Shown here: in pieces, positions 56,437 to 63,773 of the stretch
Position numbering within the stretch: the first letter of the stretch is position 1
How the letters are laid out: each line of letters opens with the position of its first letter
Assembly: GCA_035457485.1 (NCBI GenBank)
Contig: DATIBO010000006.1
Span: 370,659-434,658, forward strand
Origin: Candidatus Saccharimonadales bacterium
Lineage (GTDB): Bacteria; Patescibacteriota; Saccharimonadia; Saccharimonadales; EFPC-124
DNA: 64,000 bases
Direction of reading: 5' to 3'
Position numbers and translations under genes: made by a program
The notes under the pieces: generated by a model
What the model was told of the DNA's origin: nothing
Seen by the model: the letters and a program-made list of their open reading frames with translations, nothing else
Databases searched by the model: none

Positions 56437-57086
56437 ACGCCGGTTCGCAGTGGGAACTGCTCGGCGAGCATCATGAAGGTGGACGGGTAGTCGGTCATGG
56501 CCTGCGCGGTCAGAACGACCCTGATGTGCGAGGGCTTGTTCGGCCGTCGCACCCACTCGACGCTCACACACAGGCCGGTGGCCATCATGCGCGTCACGGT
56601 GGCGGGGATATATTGCTGGCCGGATTCCCCGAAGTTGAGGAATCCGTGCGTGATCTTGAACGAGTCGCCCAGGCCGGGCAGGAATCTGCCGGTTGGGGTG
56701 ATGTCAATCGTGTCCCTGTCGGGCTCACCCGCGAACTCGTTGTAAGTCGTGTCCTCCGGGTTCGCGGCACGCTGGAAGTAGCTGAACGTGATTCGATCCG
56801 GCGTGCTTACCGATCGGTCCATGTCCAGCAGGCTGAGCGTGGCCTCGATCATGTTGTTCACGTCGATTGTGAACTGAGCGTTGTTGCCGCTTGTCACGAC
56901 CACGGTTCCACGTTCGACGAGCCGACGGACGATCCGCCGCCGTCGGGGTGTTGCCTCTGCATTGTACAGCGTCACGTTGAAGCTGCGGCCTCGTAGTGAG
57001 TGGGTGATCTCGGCAATTGCTCTGGCGTCGTCTTGTCCGTAGCGCAGTTGAACTGTGCCGGGGCGGACGATTGCGCGCTCTCCCAT
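56430..57086 (-). CDS. G+C-rich cassette L: hypothetical protein (218 aa)
   Basis: ATG start 4 nt after a GGAGGG SD (GGAGGGAAAAATG). Codons are GC3-rich. No family recognised. Confidence 0.7.
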   Translation of the reverse strand: MGERAIVRPGTVQLRYGQDDARAIAEITHSLRGRSFNVTLYNAEATPRRRRIVRRLVERGTVVVTSGNNAQFTIDVNNMIEATLSLLDMDRSVSTPDRITFSYFQRAANPEDTTYNEFAGEPDRDTIDITPTGRFLPGLGDSFKITHGFLNFGESGQQYIPATVTRMMATGLCVSVEWVRRPNKPSHIRVVLTAQAMTDYPSTFMMLAEQFPLRTGVY

Positions 57087-57116
57087 TTTTCCCTCCATGG
57101 GCTTGACGTCGAATAT

Positions 57117-57184
57117 ACCATAACACCTTTTACATCATCGTACAAACCTAAACTATTTACTTTTTTTGTTTTTGGTTTTATAAT
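57117..57184. promoter_or_regulatory. divergent promoter pair for cassettes L and M in a ~130-nt AT-rich spacer
   Basis: Minus strand: TTGTAC-17-TATGGT (57117-57145). Plus strand: TTTACT-17-TATAAT (57156-57184). Confidence 0.5.
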
Positions 57185-57217
57185 ATTTAAATCAGCCACT
57201 TTCGTGAAGGATGTGAC

Positions 57218-57697
57218 ATGAGTACCTCGCGTCACCGCAAGGGTATTGTCGTGACTCGCACGCCGCGAACCTTCCCTGTTCCGGCCGCCGACGCGTTCAT
57301 CGGTACCGTCGGTACCCGCGCCAACAACGTCTCGATCTGGGAGCAGGTCGTCGCGAACATGCTGGTGATCCAGCAGCGCGCACGCTACATGGTCACCTGG
57401 ACCGAGGAGCAGGGCAAGAACATCAGCATGCGCTGGTGGATCGGCGACCAGGAGGTCTGTGCCCGGGCCTACAAGACCGTCTTGCACGACCGCTTCTGCA
57501 ACTACAACGACTGCCCGGGCTGCTACATCTACTGGGACCTGCGCCTTGAGCGGTTCGGCCCTAGCGGCCAGATCGCGGCGCAGTCCATGCCCGCGCTGCT
57601 CTACGGTGAGTGGCGCCAGGAGAGCTGGTCCGAGTTCCTCGACCGCCTCAACACCCAGCTCGACGCGGCCACGCGCGCCAACAACGGCCGCCGCTGA
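57218..57697 (+). CDS. G+C-rich cassette M: hypothetical protein (159 aa)
   Basis: ATG after a GAAGGA SD. Contains the Cys cluster CNYNDCPGC. No family recognised. Confidence 0.7.
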   Translation: MSTSRHRKGIVVTRTPRTFPVPAADAFIGTVGTRANNVSIWEQVVANMLVIQQRARYMVTWTEEQGKNISMRWWIGDQEVCARAYKTVLHDRFCNYNDCPGCYIYWDLRLERFGPSGQIAAQSMPALLYGEWRQESWSEFLDRLNTQLDAATRANNGRR

Positions 57698-57702
57698 TCT
57701 AA

Positions 57703-57756
57703 ACTCCGCTGACCCTTCGTGAGCAAGCATTCCGCTGGCCCAAGGGTCGGCGGAGT
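57703..57756 (+). terminator. long GC-rich hairpin 3' of cassette M
   Basis: ACTCCGCTGACCCTT pairs with AAGGGTCGGCGGAGT (one G:U), followed by GTTTTG. Confidence 0.6.
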
Positions 57757-57816
57757 GTTTTGCTATAAGGGGCTTTTTTTATAGCCAATAAAGTGTTATA
57801 CTACATAAGTTCTTAA

Positions 57817-57893
57817 GGGTTGTTAGCTCAGCTGGCTAGAGCATCTCGTTTACACCGAGAGGGTCGGGGGTTCGAATCCCTCACAACCCACCA
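57817..57893 (+). tRNA. tRNA-Val (anticodon TAC), CCA encoded
   Basis: The acceptor stem is GGGTTGT/ACAACCC. The anticodon loop is TTTACAC. The T-loop is TTCGAAT. Confidence 0.9.
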
Positions 57894-57896
57894 TAG

Positions 57897-57928
57897 AAAA
57901 AAGTCACCGGTAAAATGGTGACTTTTTT
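57897..57928. terminator. bidirectional terminator after tRNA-Val
   Basis: AAAAAAGTCACC...GGTGACTTTTTT. Confidence 0.6.
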
Positions 57929-57973
57929 CTATGGTTGCGATTATTGAGTTTTTTTACCAGAGTGATTTGCAAA

Positions 57974-58004
57974 TGCAGGCAGGCGCTCACCGCGCCTGCC
58001 TGCA
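57974..58004 (-). terminator. GC-rich hairpin 3' of cassette N
   Basis: TGCAGGCAGGCGC pairs with GCGCCTGCCTGCA (13 bp perfect). Confidence 0.6.
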
Positions 58005-58008
58005 GAGT

Positions 58009-58455
58009 CTACCTGCTCCGCACCCTGAGTTCGTGTAGAATCAGGACGCCGGTGACGAAGGCCGCCGCGAAGCACGCAAGCTCGAACATGCCAACCAGTA
58101 CACCTGATGACAGGCGAAGTTGGTAGGCGCCCTGAGCCGCCGTGGTGGTCGGACCTATGATACATAGCAGCATCACCGACCCAGTCCTTGCGTTGAAGTC
58201 TTCGGCTGAGCGTAGGTAGAGTAGCCACCAGGTAATGACTGTGGCTACTAGTGTGCACGCGATTGTCGCGGCCCAGTTGACGGGTCTGCTGACGCTCGAA
58301 ATTACGGCAGCGCTGCCGCCGATTCCGATGATTGCGAGCGCAAGGCTCAGCCACGCGGACGCGGCTTCGCGGATGGCGCGGAGGCTGAGGATGACGAGCA
58401 TGATCGATATGATCAGTCCAAACCAGCCGCCGTTGACAACAGGCGTTGATGGCAC
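58009..58455 (-). CDS. G+C-rich cassette N: 4-TM membrane protein (148 aa)
   Basis: GTG start 4 nt after a GGAGGG SD. There are four hydrophobic helices. Confidence 0.7.
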   Translation of the reverse strand: MPSTPVVNGGWFGLIISIMLVILSLRAIREAASAWLSLALAIIGIGGSAAVISSVSRPVNWAATIACTLVATVITWWLLYLRSAEDFNARTGSVMLLCIIGPTTTAAQGAYQLRLSSGVLVGMFELACFAAAFVTGVLILHELRVRSR

Positions 58456-58530
58456 GATGCCCTCCTGTGGTGTGTTTTGTCAAAATCACTCTGGAAGGTG
58501 CAAACCCAAAGCAATTTTGGATGCCAAGAT

Positions 58531-58559
58531 ACTATACAATAATTATTAAATTAATTCAA
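58531..58559 (-). promoter_or_regulatory. sigma70-like promoter of cassette N
   Basis: On the minus strand: TTGAAT, 17-nt spacer, TATAGT, followed by a ~70-nt leader. Confidence 0.5.
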
Positions 58560-58609
58560 TATGCTGCAGTGGTGCACAAGATGCTATACTTAGCGCATCA
58601 AGGAGTAGT

Positions 58610-59362
58610 ATGGATACATTTGTGGTTTTTTGGTTAGTGGTTTTGGGCGCGGTTTTACTTAGTGGCATTAAAGTTGTCAATCAATACGAACGCGGCGTGG
58701 TTTTAACTCTGGGTAAGTTTACAGGAATTCGTTCACCTGGCTTACGGTTGGTTATTCCAGTTTTTCAGCGAATGATCCGCGTTGATGTGCGTTCGTTGCC
58801 GGTTGATGTGCCTCGCCAAGAAGTAATCACCAAAGATAACGTAACCATCAACGTTGACGCTGTGGTTTATTTTAAAGTTCTAGATGCAGCCAAAGCTGTG
58901 CTTGAAATTAACAACTATATTTATGCAACTTCGCAGTTTGCCCAAGCTGCTCTGCGCGACGTAGTCGGTAACGTTGAATTAGATGCACTCTTGAGTAAAC
59001 GCGAAGAAATCAGCCAAGAAATTAAAGCAATTGTAGATTCCGAAACAAACAAATGGGGGATCGACGTTGAGAATGTTAAGATCCAAAACATCGAATTACC
59101 TCAAGATATGAAACGCGCAATGGCAAAGCAAGCCGAAGCTGAACGTGAGCGTCGTGCTGTGATAATTACCGCGGCCGCTGAAAAGTCTGCTGCTCAAGAA
59201 GTCTCGGAGGCTGCCGAAATGCTCAGCAAAATCCCGGGTGGAATAAGTTTGCGAACTCTGCAGACCCTAGAGAAGATTGCGAGCGAGCCATCGCAAAAGA
59301 CTTTGATCGTGCTGCCAACAGACCTCGGCAGCGTGGTTAGCAGTTTTATTAAAAAACAATAG
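58610..59362 (+). CDS. SPFH/band-7 (stomatin/slipin-like) membrane protein
   Basis: N-terminal TM segment, then VNQYERGVVLTLGKF and the Ala/Glu-rich region AEAERERRA. Confidence 0.9.
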   Translation: MDTFVVFWLVVLGAVLLSGIKVVNQYERGVVLTLGKFTGIRSPGLRLVIPVFQRMIRVDVRSLPVDVPRQEVITKDNVTINVDAVVYFKVLDAAKAVLEINNYIYATSQFAQAALRDVVGNVELDALLSKREEISQEIKAIVDSETNKWGIDVENVKIQNIELPQDMKRAMAKQAEAERERRAVIITAAAEKSAAQEVSEAAEMLSKIPGGISLRTLQTLEKIASEPSQKTLIVLPTDLGSVVSSFIKKQ

Positions 59363-59365
59363 TCG

Positions 59366-59917
59366 CTATTTTTCCAATAAGGCTTCGAGTTTTTTGGTGG
59401 TGTTCCAGTTGCGGATTGTAATATTTTGGTAAATCGGCATACCTATTAACCGTCCCAGGTAGCTTTGCGTTGCTCGGGCTTCGACGCGACTGTGAAAAAC
59501 TACCCCCTCAGCGCCTGGCCATGCTTCGTCCACATCTTGTCTGATTGGGATTTCTTTCATGGCTTGTTGAGTTGTTAGTGGCCCTTTTAAAAATAAAACA
59601 TAGTATCTAAAGTTGGCTGGATCGGTACCGAAACTTTTTGGAGCGCTCGCTACAATTTTTTTAAGTTGGTCGGCTGATCTGACCACAACGCTGGCGTTGT
59701 AATTAAAGTTGGTTGACAGCATTTCTTCTAGTTTTTTAGATAAATCGTCGGCACTTTGGTTGGGCGCTTCAAAGATTACATTGCCGCTTTGAATGTAAGT
59801 CGAAACGTTCTCGTAGCCGTGGTGCTCAAAGCAAAACTTAAGCTCGGCCATTTTTATAATGTTTTTCCCGCCAACATTGATGCCGCGTAAAAGTGCTAAA
59901 TATTTTTGTGTTGCCAT
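59366..59917 (-). CDS. DUF1697 family protein
   Basis: N-terminal YLALLRGINVGGKNIIKMAEL. Confidence 0.8.
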   Translation of the reverse strand: MATQKYLALLRGINVGGKNIIKMAELKFCFEHHGYENVSTYIQSGNVIFEAPNQSADDLSKKLEEMLSTNFNYNASVVVRSADQLKKIVASAPKSFGTDPANFRYYVLFLKGPLTTQQAMKEIPIRQDVDEAWPGAEGVVFHSRVEARATQSYLGRLIGMPIYQNITIRNWNTTKKLEALLEK

Positions 59918-59983
59918 ACATGGATTTTAGCAACAGCAAGCAATTGATAAAAGACTAGAATTTAGTTATAATACATCAGTCGT

Positions 59984-60059
59984 GGCTCTTTAGCTCAGTT
60001 GGTAGAGCAGAGGCCTGAAGAGCCTTGTGTCCCCAGTTCGAGTCTGGGAGGAGCCACCA
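59984..60059 (+). tRNA. tRNA-Phe (anticodon GAA), CCA encoded
   Basis: The acceptor stem is GGCTCTT/AGGAGCC. The anticodon loop is CTGAAGA. The T-loop is TTCGAGT. Confidence 0.9.
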
Positions 60060-60113
60060 CGAAATTATTATGATAAAAGTTCCAGGAGACTGGAGCTTTT
60101 TTATGAGGAAAAA

Positions 60114-60767
60114 ATGGCGGAGATCCCAAATCTTAATAGCGTAGGTAAAGATTTTAAAGTTTTTCTTGATCAAGATGACACTTTGGCGCCTTCGAACGCG
60201 TTTAGCAGATTGTACGAAGTTATTGGTGCATCAGAGAGGCTAGAGGCTGAGCGTGAACATCAGCGCAAAGCCAGTCGTGAGGCGGCAAAAAGTGGGGGAA
60301 CTTTGATTGTTCCGCCGTATGATATCGTAGAGCATCTAGGCCCGAACCCGGACCCATCTTATGGCGTCGAGATTCCTTACAATCTATCACCTCAAGATAT
60401 TATGGCGATGGCGCTACGGGCTCGCGAAAGTCAACCAAATCCGCTTTTTCCAGATGCACGGAGACTGCTGGCGCGCCTAGCAATTATCGGGATCACTCCG
60501 ACAATCCTAACTTATGGTGACGATTTTACGCAGCGCCTAAAAGCCGCCTTGAACGGCTTAGATATCTACCCGATTGAGGTTGTTAATAAACTAAAACCAG
60601 AATATCTGGCCGATGTTGAAGGGCTGGGAATTCTTGTCGAAGATCGCATTAAGCACTTGCCAAAAATCGGTGAGAGCCAAATAGCTGGAGTTTTATATGA
60701 TCGAAACGGCAACCATCCGGATTTTGAGGGTGTGATAATTAAAAGCCATGACGAACTTTTTAGATAA
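60114..60767 (+). CDS. HAD-superfamily-like hydrolase
   Basis: Start placed at ATG 60114, because the track start at 60027 lies inside tRNA-Phe. Motif I-like sequence FLDQDDTL. Confidence 0.55.
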   Translation: MAEIPNLNSVGKDFKVFLDQDDTLAPSNAFSRLYEVIGASERLEAEREHQRKASREAAKSGGTLIVPPYDIVEHLGPNPDPSYGVEIPYNLSPQDIMAMALRARESQPNPLFPDARRLLARLAIIGITPTILTYGDDFTQRLKAALNGLDIYPIEVVNKLKPEYLADVEGLGILVEDRIKHLPKIGESQIAGVLYDRNGNHPDFEGVIIKSHDELFR

Positions 60768-60850
60768 TTTATCCCTTCGTCAATTCCCTGACGAACCAAG
60801 AAGGCGAAACTGTTAAAGTCAACCGTGTTCAAACGCTAAAATTAGATAAT

Positions 60851-60879
60851 AATAAATCCAGTCGCTAGCTGGATTTATT
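60851..60879. terminator. bidirectional AT-rich terminator
   Basis: AATAAATCCAG-tcgctag-CTGGATTTATT lies between convergent genes. Confidence 0.55.
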
Positions 60880-60890
60880 ATCGATTGTTG

Positions 60891-61445
60891 TTACTGAGCT
60901 GGAACTGATTCAACCGATCGAGCTAACTCTTCTAAGGCTGGCCCGTACTGGTTCATGATCTCGATGTTGGCTTGAGTCGGCTCTGTGCACGGTGCGTCCG
61001 TTGGTTGCCAGAGGTAGTAATAGTCGCCGATTTTTATTGCAGACGAGTTTTCTTCGATTTTAGATCCAAACCAATTGTAATCGTAACCGGCAACTCCGCG
61101 AACTAATTGACCAGTGCTGCCGTCAGCTTTACAATCTCCGTTAGTTTTTTCTAGGTAGACCGCAGTAGTCAAGTAAAGTTTGTTGTCGCTTACTGTGTAT
61201 AGTGTATCGGCCGTGGCTGCAGTTGGCTTAAGCCGCACACCCCATTCACTCACAACGATGTAGCCTTCGTTTGGATCTTGCGAACTTTGCGTTTGTTGAG
61301 TCGGAGTATCTGCTTGGGGGTTCGTGCTAGGCGATTGTTTATTGCTGTTGTAAATATAAATTCCTCCCATTATAATCGCCGCAACGACTATAATACCGAT
61401 AATAATCTCGATTACCCCAAAGCCAGACACGTTTTGTTTTTGCAT
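60891..61445 (-). CDS. type IV pilin-like (prepilin-type N-terminal) protein
   Basis: MQKQNVSG|FGVIEIIIGIIVVAAII shows a G/F cleavage context with Glu at +5 and a hydrophobic helix. Confidence 0.7.
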   Translation of the reverse strand: MQKQNVSGFGVIEIIIGIIVVAAIIMGGIYIYNSNKQSPSTNPQADTPTQQTQSSQDPNEGYIVVSEWGVRLKPTAATADTLYTVSDNKLYLTTAVYLEKTNGDCKADGSTGQLVRGVAGYDYNWFGSKIEENSSAIKIGDYYYLWQPTDAPCTEPTQANIEIMNQYGPALEELARSVESVPAQ

Positions 61446-61605
61446 AGAATTCCTTGATTTAAGTTAATTGTACATTAGTTGTACGTAGATTTTGGCAAAA
61501 AGTTTCAAAATATATGTATTTTGGACAAATTTATTCAGCGAATTTAGTTGCCACTTAGCACCCTTGTAAAAAGTGCCAAACTTGGGTAAAATATTAAATT
61601 GTTAC

Positions 61606-61681
61606 GCGGGTGTAGCTCAGTTGTTAGAGCGCTGCCTTGCCAAGGCAGAGGCCACGAGTTAGAGTCTCGTCACCCGCACCA
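61606..61681 (+). tRNA. tRNA-Gly (anticodon GCC), CCA encoded, with an unusual U19:A56 elbow pair
   Basis: The acceptor stem is GCGGGTG/CACCCGC. The anticodon loop is TTGCCAA. The D-loop is AGTTGTTA (T at position 19) and the T-loop is TTAGAGT (A at position 56). Confidence 0.85.
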
Positions 61682-63212
61682 TTTGGACATTTTTAGACAC
61701 TTCGGTGTCTTTTTTTGTTGTCGCTAAGGTGATGAGGGGGCTTATTTTGGGGGTGTAAACATTTTTATCGGCGTCCATGTAAAAACCAGCGGGAAATATG
61801 ATTTGTTTACACTTTTCACGGTTCTCCTCTGTTATGGTCATGAAGTTGTCACCCATATTACTGGCGAAGTTAAAGGCAAACTTAAGGAACTTATCTTTAT
61901 CTGTGTCCATCTTTTGCTCTAGGGAATGTAATTCTTCTTTTAATTCTTCAACCTGCGTTTTCATTTTCTCTATGTTCGCAAGTATCTCAGGCTTGATTTT
62001 GATGTTTGACGGGTCTATGGCTGCTATAGCACGATTGTCTATATCATCACTCAGTGCCTTTATTTTCTGGCCGATACGAACGCTGTCCTGTCTAGCTTGG
62101 GCTTCTTTCTTTTTCCAGACAACATCAAGTGCTTCTATAAAATCTTTGGCCCCATCTTCATTTATGGGGTTGTCCTTAAAGAGCTGAGCAACTTTTGGAT
62201 GCAACTCGGCACGAGTAAGGTAAAATCCACACGAACGACAACGGTACTTCTCATAGATTAAGTTAGGATTTTTGCCATTGCCATGGTCGTATCCAACGAA
62301 CTTGCCTTTGTTTTTTAATTCCAGGCAGGTGTCGTGCAAAGTTATGCGATTAAGAGGAAATTTCGGATTGCCATTTTTGCGTGGACCCGTCTGAGTCTTC
62401 TTTTTCGCATCGAATATTCTTAGCAATTCCTCGTGTTGCTCAAACGTAATCAGTGGCTCGTGCTCACCATTCTCATTGCGAACCTTAACCTGTTTGTTAA
62501 TCTCAACAATTCCAGCGTAGAAGGGATCAGTTGCTATCTTACGAAACTTATCCATCTTCAATGGTGAACGCTCTAATGTATAGTCGCTTTTGTTCAATTC
62601 GATGAGCCCCTCTGTCGGCGTTACAACGTGCTCCGCCATACGAACAAACACCTCACGTAATGCAATACCTCTGACAGGGTGGACATCTGGTACACCCTTG
62701 TTAGTGCCACGCATGTAACCAGCCTTCGGGTGGAATGGATAACGGCCATCTTTCAGAGCGGTTGTTTGGCCTGATATTGACTTGTGTATACGTTCTTCGT
62801 TACTGCCTTCTGCTTTATATGCTTCCAGCATTAAAAGCAATGTATTAGCAGCAGTATCCGTCTTAAGATTTGGCTGTGAAGCAAAAACAACCTCTACGCC
62901 TTGTTGCTTGAAAAGAACTAAAAAATATCCGATTTCAAGTATTGAACGCATAAAACGGTCAAGTTCGTCAATGATTACAAACTTTATACGTTTATCTTTC
63001 TTGCATAGGTTGAGCATTTCTTCTAGGTCTTTACGGTCAACATTTGAGCCTTTTTTACTACTAACGCTCCCCGACCATACTTTGATAATTTCTACCCCTA
63101 GCTCTTTGGCTGCTGCATATACTGAGCTCTCCTGTCTAGGTAAGCTATTATTTAACAGTTGCTCTATGCTGGATACACGACAGTTCGCTATTGCGAATAC
63201 TTTTTTAGTCAT
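61659..63212 (-). CDS. large serine recombinase (integrase)
   Basis: Start at the ATG after GGGGA (MTKKVFAIANCRVSSIEQ, with the catalytic Ser context). Resolvase domain motif DELDRFMRS, a recombinase domain, the zinc-ribbon-like YRCRSCGFY, and a long coiled coil. The 3' end of the ORF overlaps the last 23 nt of tRNA-Gly in antisense. Confidence 0.9.
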   Translation of the reverse strand: MTKKVFAIANCRVSSIEQLLNNSLPRQESSVYAAAKELGVEIIKVWSGSVSSKKGSNVDRKDLEEMLNLCKKDKRIKFVIIDELDRFMRSILEIGYFLVLFKQQGVEVVFASQPNLKTDTAANTLLLMLEAYKAEGSNEERIHKSISGQTTALKDGRYPFHPKAGYMRGTNKGVPDVHPVRGIALREVFVRMAEHVVTPTEGLIELNKSDYTLERSPLKMDKFRKIATDPFYAGIVEINKQVKVRNENGEHEPLITFEQHEELLRIFDAKKKTQTGPRKNGNPKFPLNRITLHDTCLELKNKGKFVGYDHGNGKNPNLIYEKYRCRSCGFYLTRAELHPKVAQLFKDNPINEDGAKDFIEALDVVWKKKEAQARQDSVRIGQKIKALSDDIDNRAIAAIDPSNIKIKPEILANIEKMKTQVEELKEELHSLEQKMDTDKDKFLKFAFNFASNMGDNFMTITEENREKCKQIIFPAGFYMDADKNVYTPKISPLITLATTKKDTEVSKNVQMVRVTRL

Positions 63213-63453
63213 TTTCGTTCCCCTCGATACCCGTTTTATTTGCTGGTATTGGACAATTCTCATTATATATTTTATAAATAAGTTCTGCTAGTTCCATAGC
63301 GTCTCTTTTCCTCTGCTGTAAAGGAGTTAATTGTGGGGTGTCTGTTGTTTCGTTTTGATTTTTTTGTATTTGCCCTGAGACATTTTGGGCTTCTTTTTTC
63401 GAGATAGCTAAATCGCCACTCGTGTTCATAGAAGTAAGCATTAAAAAATCCAA
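63205..63453 (-). CDS. hypothetical small protein upstream of the recombinase
   Basis: It overlaps the recombinase start by 8 nt. No family recognised. Confidence 0.4.
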   Translation of the reverse strand: MDFLMLTSMNTSGDLAISKKEAQNVSGQIQKNQNETTDTPQLTPLQQRKRDAMELAELIYKIYNENCPIPANKTGIEGNEND

Positions 63454-63773
63454 TACTATACTTACCTCGTTGAACGGACGAGGGGTTTAATATTGGTTTA
63501 ATGCAGTTCGCCTCTAAAAAATGTGTTTACTTCACGCCGCCTATCGTTGCTGTTTCGCCGAATGACGTCGCAATCCCGAAAATCTGGCCAGAAAAAATCC
63601 GTAATGTCGCACATAAAGTCCAAGAAGCAAAAGATGAACGGTTATTTATACCCCCCTGGAGGCTCTCCAGAATCGGCTGGAGATGTTTTAGGACAAAAGA
63701 TGGGTAAAGTATCGTCCCAAGGTTACAATGGTTGGTTTGACTGACAAATATACGGGCTTAGGAGCCTAGCGCA

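Larger units (their letters stand above)
54341..58470. other. mosaic accessory region around tRNA-Leu and tRNA-Val (cassettes K, remnant, L, M, N plus intermediate-GC genes)
   Basis: High, intermediate and AT-rich segments alternate. The region also contains a decayed recombinase-like fragment and a truncated gene. Confidence 0.65.

Noticed and set aside
3749-58004. The cassette 3' hairpins could be integron attC sites, which would make this a dispersed integron-like cassette array.
   Set aside because: I saw no IntI-type tyrosine integrase, no attI, and no RYYYAAC/GTTRRRY core sites. The cassettes are scattered, lie in both orientations, and each has its own promoter, unlike promoterless integron cassettes.
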